Assembly (NCBI GenBank): GCA_050084515.1
Contig: CM114271.1
Coordinates: forward strand, 43,152,001 to 43,216,000
From: Blasia pusilla
Taxonomy: Eukaryota
DNA length: 64,000 bases
Reading direction: 5' to 3'
How positions within the stretch are numbered: the stretch's first letter is position 1; each line of letters opens with the position of its first letter. Both the position numbers and the translations under genes were made by a program. The notes below the pieces were generated by a model. It was not told the origin of the DNA. It did not search any database and saw only the letters and a program-made list of their open reading frames with translations. Positions 12,790-25,499 of the stretch are shown in pieces.

Positions 12790-14028
12790 CTTGAGAATGC
12801 GAGATGTCTTGTCATCTGGTGTTCTCTTATTTGAGGTATGCGATGGTATGGTTTGGAAGGATCATGTGCATAACTATGAGCCATGTCATCTTCCTAACAT
12901 TGAAATTATAGTTGATTAGAGCCTAGCCGTAATTGCTACATGCTTTTGTTGCATATTTTGTGGTTATGTCTGTGATGCAGTCACGATGCTAGTCTGTATG
13001 GGATATTCGAGAGGGTGGCACATGACATGTCTGATGCCACCTTTCAATAGGGTTCCTCATGGACGATGGATGTGCCCCAGATGTACATAGAGTAGATACT
13101 AAGTAGTTATAGATTCTGACTTGTGCCTCTAACATGAATGATAAGAAGACAACTAACGATTGGATCACATGACCATCCAACCTTTTTGCTCCTAACGTCC
13201 TAGAGATATATGTCATGATGCATAGGGATAGCTGGCTATCTAGAGTTTGAAGGACCTAACCACCAACTAGGGGAGCAATTGGAGATATTTTGGTACTCGA
13301 TTTTCTTGATGTTTAGATGTCATGAGTTAATATGGTATCTTGTTTGTTTGTGTGTGTATTTAGTGACAGCGATGTATATTGTGTAACGATGTGTATGCGT
13401 ACAACAATTGTCACGTCTTTTATGGATGGATCAACGAGTTTATAGAAAGGTGCCTTCAAGGATATTTGAGGGCACCTTCAGGAGGTTGAAGATGATCTGT
13501 TAAGGCCACGGGTAACCTGAGAGAGCAGGTTTCTCCTTCGTTTTGACTGATTTGGAGCTATATAGAGAAACTAAGTATTTCGCGTAAGTTGCCATTTTGA
13601 GTGGAATTAAATTTCTACTTTGGGAAATGGCCTTTGACCCCTACAGCAAGTTAAGAGCCAAGGAGATGACTTACGAGCATAGGTTACCGTATAGAAAGCT
13701 TGGAAGAGGGAAGGGGGTATACCCAAGGAGAGGGAGCTTTGGAGGTCATTCTTTCTTTGTTGAACCTCTTGGCATGAGGCAGTGGAGCTATGATCCTTCT
13801 TGCCTTGTGAGTAACCCAAGCCTCTCATTAGGAGAGTGGGTTTGGCTTGATAGGAGAGAGATGTAGAGTGTGCATCTTGTGAGAGACCTCGTTGAAAGAA
13901 TCTTGATTTATGGAGATATTTGGAACTCGATTGTCTCGATGTTTAGATGTTATGAGTTACAATGATATCTTGTATGTGTATTCGGTGACAACGATGTATG
14001 TTGTGTAGCGATGCCTGTAGGCACGACA
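12790..14028 (+). mobile_element. Ty3/Gypsy 3' end: integrase C-terminus with PHD finger (12791-13090), polypurine tract (~13269-13278) and LTR start TGGAGATATT (13280, repeated at 13911)
   Basis: LRMRDVLSSGVLLFEVCDGMVWKDHVHNYEPCHLPNI...CIFCGYVCDAVTMLVCMGYSRGWHMTCLMPPFNRVPHGRWMCPRCT* shows C4HC3 spacing with one Cys replaced by Tyr. AGGGGAGCAA precedes the LTR-like repeat, which also occurs at ~31373. Confidence 0.8.
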
Positions 14029-14029
14029 A

Positions 14030-14125
14030 AGCCCATTGATGTAAAGGCCATCCATATTCTTCTATATGTACATGGTGGAGAACAAACAACCACACATGAT
14101 GTGATAAGAGAGGAGGTAGCATGAG
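14030..14125 (+). mobile_element. Short fragment of CRE-like non-LTR element zinc-knuckle region
   Basis: KPIDVKAIHILLYVHGGEQTTTHDVIREEVA matches the knuckle region read at ~23170-23290 and ~41810-41900. Confidence 0.55.
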
Positions 14126-14540
14126 TGGATCGTACTATAGAGTACACCGTTGGGCAAGAGCATCTCATGTTCTATCTACTATACAAGCAACCCCTCATTG
14201 AAGAGTTGATCTTCTTATTGAGTGATGTGGTGCTTGTTGATCCAACATATTGTGACTTGGTATGTCAAGACTCGAACGGCACGTACTAAAGGTTTTGCAA
14301 TCAACGCAACCACAAGAATCAAGGAGTTTAGTTATATTGTGATACATACGACCAATGAATTTATTCTTTTTGGAGTGTAAGTATTTGGACACTTACATAT
14401 ATCTTTTGATACTTTCTTAGAAACATATTCCCACCACTCCCTTGAGAAACATCATCAGACCCCTTCTTGTAGTTCTCTATATGTAGTCACCGCTTATTTT
14501 CGGCAATGCATTTCAATGGCCTTGCAACGTGCACAAACTT

Positions 14541-17500
14541 TAGTGCACGGAGGGTAGTGGATAAAGGGGCGAGTGTGCAAGGTTCATCCAGCCGTCCCTT
14601 CTAGGGTGCGGATGATCGGACGGCAGTTCACAACTTTGCACTTCGAGAGTCGGGACTCGGGAGAGAGGGAGGCAGGGGTCGAATGAGCTCGAGGAATTTG
14701 CAACTCGAGCCTCGGCTTTCATTTTCTCCTCTCTCCTTCCTGAATGCTCGTGGCCGCGTCTCTGCTTACTCTTGCTCGCCGTGTTGCTCGTCGTCATCCT
14801 GAGCGCCTCGTTGTTGGCTGCTCGGTGTGCTTAGTGCTTACTCCTCGAGTCCTCACCGTGACACCGTCCTCGGTGCCTCCTTGCTCGTCGTCGTCTTGGG
14901 CGCCTTGTTGTTGGCTGCTCGGTGTGCGTAGTGCTTACTCCTTGAGTCCTCACCGTGACACCGTCCTCGGCGCCTCGTTGCTTGCTCGTCCTCGGCGCCT
15001 TCTTGCTCGCTCGTCCTCGGTGCCTCCTTGCTAGCTCATCATTGTCTTTACTCCTCACTGCTCTCCGCGCTCATTGTCATGATTGCTTAGTTCTTATTAT
15101 GTTCGCTCAATGCTCTATTTCTCTTGCTGCTCAGTCGCTAATTCACGCTGCTCCATGCTGCTCAGTTGTACTGCTTGCTGCCACCACACCGTAGGTGACA
15201 AAAAGTGGAAGAAATCGGAAGAAATCGGCTGTCGAACACACCTCATCGAGTTCCGGGAGTTGGACAGGCGAGTGTGACTCACTCAGAGTCTCAGACGCTC
15301 ATCCAAGCCTCATCCCTGTTGTAGGAGTTAGGGACTCGGAACTTGGGACTCGGGAGAGAGTTGGGGAGTGGGGACTCGATCCTCAATCCTCATGTGCTCG
15401 ATCTCACACCTCATTCTTGTGCCATTGCAATCCGGGAGAAGCCCGCACACACTGCATTCTCCTCCTACTCGCCGCTCGCTTATTTTCCTGTTTTCTCTCA
15501 AGAGTTAGGGAGTTGGGGCCCGAGGGAGTAGGGGTCAGGGACTTGGATCTCATTTGCACTCTTGTAGCTTGTCATTGTTGCTCTTTGTTGAATTTCAGGG
15601 AGCCTTTCATTGGTTCTGTAAACCCTTGAAACCGTCCGAGCCTAAACCCTTTACAAAGGGTTTCAAAGTAGTGAACTCTCAAAGTCCCTTATGGAGGATA
15701 TTTCGGCCAACAATGCATCTAGGGGTAAGAGACAAAAATCTCTCATTGATATGGGGTTTATGAAGAGGGTTGTTAGTGAACCAGCAGTAGAAACCAACTC
15801 ATGTGAGGAGATAGATTCTCCTTCAGATCTTGCCTCTTCAAAGATTGAAGAGAACAACATGCTTTGGAAAGACTCTTGGTATCGAGCTTTTGAATGGATT
15901 CAATTTGAGCCTCACACGGGGAGGGTATTTTGTAAAGTGTGCAAGGACTCAGGAGGGAAATCTATATTTGCCACATCCGGAGCCATCAATGTGAAGATTT
16001 CTGCCTTCACAGACCATGGTAAATCCAAGGAACATAAAAAAAACTGGCTTGGGCTCAGTATAGTGGTAGAAAAACTCTACAAAAAGCTATTGCAAGCACC
16101 AATAGAAACTGTGATTTAGCGGTGCTTAATCTTTTTCGAGGAGCATACTTCATGGCTAAGTATAATGTTGCATTTTCCTCATTCCCTGGTCTCTGTACAT
16201 TACTCAAATCTGGATCTATGATGCTCAAAAAATCGATGTATCAGGATGACAAGACATGTGCATATATGATAACATGTATTAGTTTGGTAATTCAAAGATT
16301 GCTTCTAGCTAGGGTTAGATTTAGTCCCTTTTACGGAATAATGGTAGATGAATCCATTGACATATCAGTAACAGGACACCTCGTTGCCTTTGTCACTTAC
16401 CTTGATGAAGGTCAAGTGTGCACCTCCTTCTTAGGATTGATCAAGGTTGAGAACAAGGATGCCGAGTCCATTTCAGATTGTTTAGTATCCTTACTTAGGG
16501 AATGGGAATTGGATTTTGAGAAGATGATTGGTTTTGGGTCTGATGGGGCCAACACTTTGGTAGGTACTAGGAATAGGGTAAGTGCTCGTTTGAAGAGGAA
16601 TGTTAATCCTTACATGACAAGCGTCCATTGTGTGGCACACCGGACAAACTTAGCTGCTCTTGGTACAGCAAAGAGCCCAGGGTGCAAGGAACTTAGTGAT
16701 GAGGTGGATAACATTTTGAATTCTATTGCATTTTATTTCAAGTAGAGTTCTAAGAGGAAGTCTGGTCTCTCTTCTCTACAAGAGGAGCTAAAAGATTCTA
16801 GGAAAGTCATGAAACGTTATCAGAAGGTCAGATGGCCTAGCAGGTGGCAAGCCGTTACCTCTTTATGTGATAGTTTAGAATCTGTCATGGTCTACTTCTC
16901 TACTGTGAATCCGAAGGAAGATGATGGGGTAGCTTCACATCTTCTAAAGAGGTTAAAGTCCTTCAAAATGATTTACATTTTATACTTTCTGGCTGACATA
17001 CTTCATTCTATGGCAATGTTGAGCAAGTTATTCCAAATGAAGTTTGTTGATATATCTAGCGTTGCTTCTATTGTTCACACTGAGATAGCACATGTTAGAA
17101 TGAATTATGTACATGAAAGTGTAGATATGAATGCCTATCTCATTTCTCAGTCTAGCGGTTTTCATCTCCTTCCGAACTATGATCCTAGTGATGGATATGT
17201 GCAGCGCTTGCAATCAGAGATAAGGGGTTCTTTCTTTCATTCAATCCAAATGGATAGGGATGTGACAGGAAAGGATATAGAAGAAGCTATTTTTTTTCCA
17301 AAGGAATTTTGGTGAGGCCATATGTGTAGCTTTGCAAGAAAGGTTTGAAGACAATAACATCATTGGAGGTTTTAAGATCCTCAATCCATCCCAAATGCCT
17401 TCTACCATATCTAGTTTAAGAGATTGGGGTGTGAGAGACTTGGAAATGTTGAGCTCTTTCTATGGACATGAAAAAACCTTGCATGGCAATGTGAAAAAGC

Positions 17501-18469
17501 CTCTTCTAGATGGTGCAGCCCTCAAGAATGAATTCGTGGCCTTCAAGATTCAGGCCATGACAGAATGGAAAGAGAAGTCCTTAAAGGACTTATGGTGTAT
17601 GGTAAGTGGTAGTCCGAGCGTGAAGGCTAAGTATGCTAATCTCTGTATTTTAGGTGATATAGCTAGAGTCCAATGTGTATCAACAGCATCATGTGAGAGA
17701 GCTTTTAGCATTAAGAATGTCATTAAGAATAAGTTAAGAAATAGCTTAACCCCTTATCACTTGGAAGCTTTGGTGAGGGTTAACATGGAGGGTCCAAATG
17801 AGAATTTTGATGTGGATAAAGTCCTCATTTCTGCTATGGACACATGGAAACAATCAAAGGAATAAATATTTATATATGTTAATCCAGAGTTGTACATTGT
17901 TCCTCCCGTTGTACTTGAAGTTGATGAGGAAGGTGAGCTTAACCCTGACCTTTCATCCTAGTTTCTCTATGACTTCATTTCATTTTGCAAATGCTTTTAC
18001 TAGTTATTCATTTTCTGTAATCAGACCCCTCCTACAAAGAAAGTTCATTGTAAGAATACTCCTTGTAGGAAGGGTTCTTAGCACCTCTGGCCCTCAACTG
18101 GTAGGGGGAATTCTGGTTCAACTCCAGCCAGACGTAATAAGGACGTGAACTGAAAGGCTAAGGAGGGTTCTTAGCACTTCCGGACCCCATTTGGGAGGGG
18201 GAATTTTGGTTCAACTCCAGCTTATAACCAGAACTAAACTGAAAAGTATAATGTGACAGCAAAAAACTGGCATGCCAACTCCAAGCCCATTAAAAAACTG
18301 GTGATTCAAATTACATGCAGGAAATAAACTGAGAAGGAAAAAAATCTTGGGCAAAAACGTGATAAGGTAAAAGTCTTAGGGGGTCGGCTGAGACAAATTT
18401 CAGAAAACCTGAATGTTTCACATAGTCCCGGTAAAAAACTGATCACTGAAAAATACTGTCCGAGCACTG
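14541..18469 (+). mobile_element. hAT-superfamily DNA transposon (putative limits)
   Basis: Imperfect TIR pair TAGTGCACGGA / TCCGAGCACTG around a hAT transposase. GC-rich tandem repeats at 14790-15030 and AAAAAACTG repeats near the right end. No matching 8-bp TSD, so the limits are uncertain. Confidence 0.55.
15691..17865 (+). pseudogene. hAT transposase (ZNF862/DUF4371-like, with TTF-type zinc finger and C-terminal dimerisation domain), frameshifted
   Basis: FEWI..RVFCKVCK..HGKSKEH, GIMVDESIDIS, GFGSDGANTLVG, SVHCVAHRTNLA, VRWPSRW, STASCERAFS...KNKLRNSL across four ORF pieces. Confidence 0.92.
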
Positions 18470-19421
18470 AATTCCACATCATAGCTGCCCGAGAAAATGA
18501 TGGCAAACACAAAATCATAAATGCCACGATTTTGATAACGTAGCTGGCCATGTTCGAATCATAAATGCCATGAGTTCGGATGAAGCAGCTGGCTATGTTT
18601 ATCATTGATAGCAAGGGAGGCGACAACTGGTCGCTAGCAGTAAACGCCAATTCTGCGATTGGATGGAGCCAGGACCCATCCCTCCAACCCGGATCACGGG
18701 AGAGCAATTACTGTTGAGTTCTAGCTCTATCGTAGGGGGATTGAATGCCGCAATCCGGATGCCCCACTGCCATGCGTGTCGACGCCATAGAATCTAACAT
18801 CCTGAGAGATCCTGGACAGTCCCTGATTTCCATTACGATCACTTCGGTCTATTCGGGGGGGGGACTTCGGGCAACGTGTGCGAGGCTTGGACAACGACGC
18901 CACGTGATTGTCCACCTCAGGCCAGGCTAAACTACGACTATGTCACCCGGAGACCTTCCGATCAGCGCATAGGGCGCGACCATCTTATAAATCGGTGAAA
19001 CTCCCTCAAGCTCTTTTCTCGCTCGGAAGGCCTGCTGTGATGATGCACACAGCAAACGCCATAACCTCTTCCGACATGGATGCAGAGGGAAATCTTTCCA
19101 TAGATTTAAGCTTGTAAGCTTCCGGTTGACGTTTCCATACTCACTTGGCAGTCTCAAAAAAGTTCGAGGCGAGAAAATTGTCGCCTGGTACTTATACTCC
19201 AATCTTATACTGACTGCCACAACCCACCTACTTTATATCCATTCTTCGCACATCACATAGTAGGAATGGAAGTTAAGCCCATGTGTCCCAGAGAAAGACC
19301 TTAGCTTTCCCGTCAGGACCGTATTTCATGTACATTTGGCTACTTCACTTCAAATACCAATCATGAATCTTCACCTATGACTAGCTGTGAGAAAGTGTTT
19401 CGTACAGTCGAATGATATTGA

Positions 19422-21680
19422 TCAGTGAGCCTTTAGAGCCTTTCGAGACTCCGCGTTCCAAAAACTCTTGATGTAATCACGTCTGCATTGCAAACCGAAT
19501 GGTGTATTAGTTTAGTGATACTGGTAGCCTAGAGCAGGACCACCACACACACCAGATCAATGTACACTGAGAAATGCCTCCGTACGTGGATTCCCCAAGA
19601 ACTGTGGAACAGAGGTAGACTACATGTTCAGGGCTCAAATTAGTTTATACGGCAACAAGAATAATTTTACAACGCGCATGTGGAGCTAGAATCACCTACA
19701 CTGGGCAGCGTAGCCTAAGGAACAGTGAGGAGAAACCTGATAGGATTGTCATCTTGAGGTCTATTGTAGGGCGTCCAGATCGGTTCTCCAACGAACAACC
19801 TTACAGCCTGCAAAATAAAGTTTGTCAGATAATAACAAATCAGAAGAGAAATAGGCAGGAGCGTAAATATCACCCAGGTTTATTCAACGCTTCTGATGGT
19901 TGTGAAATGACGGCCGAAAACTCTGCCACATGGTTCCAAGGCCATCAATGGAGAGAGAATGTAGTGGGTGTTGTAATGATCATGGAATTTAAAACGTACG
20001 AATTGATTAAAACCAGTGAGGAAGGAGTGGGAGTGCGTGATAACCAACAAATCTTCGGGGTGCACCCCGACGGAAAGATATGAGCTGGACGTGTGCCACC
20101 GATGATTCATAATACAAGGTAAAAAGAAGCAACACTGCAGGCAATTCCAGGCATAATTATCCGCCTTCACTTTTTTCCAAACATGAAGACATCCCATTCC
20201 GAACAATATCCAGGGGGGGGGAAACTTCGACGCTAGGTATCTCCGACTTGCAGTACCTCCCATTTCTACTTTCAAACAAAAGGACAGAACCACCCCATTT
20301 ACCATTTCTATACCTTGAGGTAGTTGTTTTCGTCAAGAGTGAACCGATGATATAAACCAGCTGGGAGAACAATCATATCCCCTTTCTTAGTCCATACACG
20401 AATCCAACGATCTTGAGAGTCCCTTACATCAAAATAACCTGGCGAAGACGGTTGAACGCGATGTCAGTTTTGCTCTTAGAGATTTCTCGATCTAAGACGG
20501 TATTTCTTGTAATCTACCTTCATAGAGATTGGTTACTCACCACTGCCGTCGATGCAGTATCTAATTTCTTCATCCGTATGGATATGTTCCTCATAGAAAC
20601 TCTTGATTTTCCGTTCATATTCGGGTAAAAGCTGCGGGGAAACGGTAATGATATCCTGCGCAAGCACAGATGCTTAACCCACACCATTCGGGCAGGCAAT
20701 AGAACTCCACAACACAGGCACGCCCAAAACGCAATCCTTCGAAAGTGGAAAGACTGACTCCGTTCCAATTACACCGATTAAGCTTTGAGACTTCAGCATC
20801 AAGGGAAGTCTAGAGTCATACGCCCTGCCCGGCCCGCTCAAGTAACAGACCTCTGCTATTAAATTGCTCATTGGGGTCCGACCGCCTCAGATTAATAAGA
20901 ATATAAAATCTGGCTGTAGGATTGGAGACCGCTGACCTGATAGCTGTAATTACGCTCTTTACGAATAGCTTCCAACTCAACGTCGTCTTCGACTTTATCA
21001 GCGTTCAGAAACCAGTGAAGAACTCCTAACTCTGAATCACCAGGCAAACAAAAAATAGCCGAATGGTAAGGGGAGGCAAGTGGTCGGTAAATGGCGAGAC
21101 TTTCAGTAAGGCACTGTACCCGCGCCGTTAAACTACGATAAAATGCTAATGAACCATCATCGTCATCATGCGGAAAGAAACTCCAACTGTATTGAACGAA
21201 AAATGTTCCAACCGCTCGGGATGAGTAGATGATCCACCTGCTAAAGCTTTCTCGGAAACCGGTTCATTTGGGACCAAACGGTGAGGCAAGCGCTGATCCT
21301 CTTTGGAATCATCCATGTACCAAGCCTCCAGTCCATGAGGATGAGGCTTCTCCGCATTATCCACAAGGGGCTTCTCGACATTCTGCGGACAATAGCAGTG
21401 AAAGACGAAAAGTTGAGATTTCGGAACCTGTCCTAAATCAATCCATCTGTCTGCCTCTGAATGATCTGAGCGATCTATCCCAAATATCAAACCAGAGATC
21501 TTATACACCACCCAAGCGTATGAAAAAATTGGGCAACGGTACCGAATTGAAAAGCCAAGTAGGGGAACAGGGAACGTAGGCCATGGGAGTCGTAGAAACG
21601 TATAAAAAATCACAGAAAAGAATGTTCTATGGTAGCAGGGCACCGCTCCCTACAACCAACATTTTTACCTGCAAATCCAT
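19422..21680 (-). CDS. ARD: Acireductone dioxygenase (methionine salvage pathway, cupin), 7 coding exons, 207 aa, intact
   Basis: Exons 21680-21669, 21382-21238, 21031-20937, 20655-20541, 20438-20314, 19807-19737 and 19482-19422, all GT-AG, total 624 nt in frame. Motifs [62 protein letters not shown]. The 12-nt first exon is the least certain. Confidence 0.95.
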
Positions 21681-22082
21681 GTTTCTCAACTTCGGTTTCC
21701 AACGTTTCCCAAGTACCACGGCCTCGGCGTATCAGTCACCAAACAGATTGTAGAGCTCTGTTTGATTTTAATCGAGGAACGCAAACAAACCCAGAACCTC
21801 TAGAAAAGGAAATACCAACAGCAAACCCCTCCGGCTCAAGTTCATTTCAGGCACATGTGAGGAATCGCCCACCTCGGTGCTCACTGGGACTAAGTAGCTC
21901 ACACGGCCGGGTGATGCGGTGGCCCTGTACCCAAGTTCGTCAAACGAATGCCTGATTTGAAACTGCCTGTGCCCATTTGTGCTTCCCGGCGAAACACGTG
22001 TCAATCATTCCAGTGTTATCCGCTGAGAACGGACAGTATAGATGGATCGGGGAAGTAATGGTACCACGCAATTAAAAATGGC

Positions 22083-22215
22083 CGAGGCTTCGGGACTTCG
22101 GAAGTTCGGAAGTTCGGAGTCCGGACTTAATTATAATACTATGTACGTCGAGGCTTCGGGACTTCGGAAGTTCGGAAGTTCGGAGTCCGGACTTAACTAT
22201 AATACTATGTACGTC
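22083..22215. repeat. 66-bp tandem duplication (2 copies, 1 mismatch) upstream of ARD
   Basis: CGAGGCTTCGGGACTTCGGAAGTTCGGAAGTTCGGAGTCCGGACTTAA(T/C)TATAATACTATGTACGT x2. Confidence 0.95.
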
Positions 22216-23139
22216 CAGGCCGTCGGCCTGGACGCGTTTCACCATACCTCCACCGTAGTCGACCATAGTAATATCGATTGCCGTATCAACTAAGATATGC
22301 TGTGATGCTCACGACCCCGCCATTGTCCAGGTTCAATGCATTCGAGGGCTATCGCCGTTGTCGTTTTTTTTAATCGGCGACTTGCCCCTCAGCATCCCCG
22401 CTTCCCGGGCGGCAAGTGCTCGGCAATGCGCGATCCTGGGACGAGAGGATATCCACATGGCGCTTCTTTTGGACGGAAAGCGCATGGGTCTCATGCTTTC
22501 ACACCAATCCTATGCTTCTTTCTCGTCTTCCGATCCGTGCCAGGTTCTTCACGTATGCTTTTTTAGGACTCCCGTAAAACTCTTTCCCGCGTTGGCAACG
22601 CCAGCGGCAGGACTAAAGGTGCTACGCTTTCTTCCTGACGTCGGGCCCCCCAGGCTTGAATAGACGTAGCGAAGACTCCGAAGAGAATAGACTTTCTACA
22701 TCGACTTCTTCCCCATGTATCTGCATTAGTGGCGTGATATTTAAGGCACCGAAGCATAAAGGCTTTCTTTTAAGTTCCTTACCCAAGTTCTTACCATTTT
22801 TCAGAGTTTACTTTACATCTTTTGTGCGTGTACCAATCGTTATTTTTTCTTTCCAACGCCGTGTGTTATGGTTACCGTTTGTTTATGGTAACAAGATACT
22901 GTGCGGGCACAATAGTTTTTTAATTATTTATTTTTCCTTACACCTAAGTATTGTTATTTAAATGTGGAGAGCAAATATTTTTAAGAAAGTATTACAAGAC
23001 GTGCTATGTTAGAACGCGGTGGATTAGCAACCACCATATCACTCAATATCTAAAAGCCACCTACAGACATAACAAGGTAGAAGGTTGTTAGAAGGTAATC
23101 CAACATTACCTCCTAGAAGGTAGGACATGTACCTCCTCT

Positions 23140-24662
23140 TACTCAACTATGTACATTGCAGTACAAGCCATTGATGCTATATCCTCTCTGATATATCATA
23201 TGTGGTCGTTCGATTTCCATCATATGCACATCGAAGAATATAGATAGCATTTGCATCAATAGGCTCCCGCATACACAATTTGGCACACCTAGTAGATAGG
23301 GATGAAGAAATCCAAGGTGTAACCTTGAAGTTGTCGGGAATACACTTCAAGGAAGACGAAATGGAAGAATGAGAGGATTGGAGTAAGCCATATCACCGCT
23401 CCTATACCTACACATGAACACATACGAGCTTGATGAGTATCAAAGGATGTATTACACAGAATGCTGGAAAATTGTACTTGGTGCAAATTCTCATAGATAT
23501 GCTCTTGAAGTTGATCTAGCCCTTTTGTAATCAATGAACAAAAAGGGGGTAGAATTACTTGTATAGCAAGAGGAAGAAGAGCTCAAAAAAATCTCAATTA
23601 TTCTTGGAATAATAGACGCACCTCTTTTACATGCGCAACGTGATCCATCAAGATAGGTGCATGTCGTTGGACAAACCTTGAAGTTATAGTCAAGGCAACC
23701 AAAACCAACCTCCCAAAAAAAGTTGATGGATCATATATGATTGAGGAGAAAAGCCTTTCACCTACAAAGAAAAAAGGAAATATAGCTTATCGTGAAGCCA
23801 AGACACCATTATCTCCCTCAAATATATTTGGATCAAGAAGTTGATCGAACGTTGCCATGATATAAGTGTCAAAAGAGGCCAACCGATAGAAGAATTTTGA
23901 ATTTTGAGAACAAGTACGAAGAAGATAGGAAGCCGAGACAATGTAGAAAATATTGAGAGAGAATCTCATGAGCTACTTGCAAATCCAATAGATGAGGTAA
24001 TAAATGAAGCCATTCTACATCTTTTAAGAGGGCATCATCCAAGAACTTAGAGATATAATCGATGAACTAAACTAGGATCCCAAAAACCCGAACCCCTTCG
24101 ATGCACATGGCAAAATTAGGAGTATATGGGATAAATGTTGAGGGAAGGCATGAAGACAACCATACCAAACATTTATAAGGTTGGACTTTGAGGTTTAAGA
24201 TAGAGAGTTACTCCACAAAATGGGTATAAGCAAGAACCACTTCACAAGGGAGACATATAATGTGGTATCATCAACAATAGAAGGGAAGAGACAAGCTGGA
24301 AATTCTTGGGTTGATGCTTGAAGTGCAAGAAAATATGAAATGGCTAAGAGTGAGCTACCCATATATGGGATCACCTTGATATTTGCCACAAGCTGATTGG
24401 AGAATCCTATATTCTCTAAAAGTAGCATGGTGAGAATAGATAATGGCTGTATTATTAATATATAAGGAGCGGACCAATGGAATGATATTCACAACTTTTC
24501 CTTTTGCAAAGAATAACTTCTCGAATATGGACGCACAAGAAACTAAATTGAATGTATTAGCCATATCAACTTGAATTGCTATCCATATTGGATGAATGTC
24601 AAGAGTGGACCGTAACCCAAAAATTACAATCTCACAACTACCAAGGGTAACCATTCCAAAAT
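23140..24662 (-). mobile_element. Degenerate CRE-like non-LTR retrotransposon (RT and zinc knuckle)
   Basis: GSCEIVIFGLRSTLDIHPIWIAIQVDMANTFN, GKYQGDP, FPACLFPSIVDDT, then a CVCG-PIDANAIYILRCAYDG-like knuckle, with frameshifts. Confidence 0.75.
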
Positions 24663-24727
24663 ATTAAAATTAGTGAGGAAATAAGTGGACGCTAAAATGA
24701 GGATGAACTTGCTCATTTATTTATGAG

Positions 24728-24730
<3 letters not shown>

Positions 24731-24774
<44 letters not shown>
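24731..24774. repeat. (AT)22 microsatellite
   Basis: Seen directly. Confidence 0.98.
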
Positions 24775-24777
<3 letters not shown>

Positions 24778-25008
24778 TTTATTTAATAGAATTTATTTTA
24801 ATGTCACTAAGATAAATCATTCACTTTGCTTATCATCATTAGGAGGCATCTTTCATTAATAGAATAGTGTGGAAAAGTTTCTATCTTACTTTATCTTAAA
24901 AAAATTGAAGAGAATTTGGTAGAAGATAATGATATATAATATTTTCACTCCTTTGAAACATGATATAGATTTTATTTTATTTCTCGTAGAAAGAAATTTT
25001 TGGTCACT

Positions 25009-25046
25009 TTGGAGATGTAAGAAAATTAATTTTCTTACATCTCCAA
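25009..25046. repeat. Perfect 38-bp palindrome
   Basis: TTGGAGATGTAAGAAAATT/AATTTTCTTACATCTCCAA. Confidence 0.97.
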
Positions 25047-25499
25047 TTTTCCAATGTGTGAGCATTCCTTGTTCATTACAGAATAGGTAGTCAATATAAG
25101 ATTCTTATCATATGTAACATGTGTGGCCGCCCCATAAGGAGCCCAAATTATAAATATTTCAATATAGATATAGTGTCACTTATATGTCAAGACTATGATT
25201 TAACTAGTTTGTGACTCAACATGCTCATGCTACACACACAAAAAGGATGCTTCTTTAAATATTTTTGTAAAGAATTTATTTGATAATTTTATGTAAATAA
25301 TTTATTGGGATTCCATATCCTTAATAAGTATCCCACTCCTCCAATCCTTGGTCTCAAATATTCTCTTCGGCTTTGTAACAACCTATACGTCTCATTCTTA
25401 AAGGAGAACTAATAACTCTTATGTCACAATTCAAAACTAATTGAAATACCAATTTTCTCAATCAGATTCGTTTTGAGGGAAAACTAATGTGCAAATCCA

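Noticed and set aside
14540-15629. Cluster of GC-rich overlapping ORFs
   Set aside because: They arise from tandem repeats in the hAT 5' region and carry no domain signal.
21146-21643. 165-aa ORF as a stand-alone gene
   Set aside because: It is ARD exon 2 read through the flanking introns.
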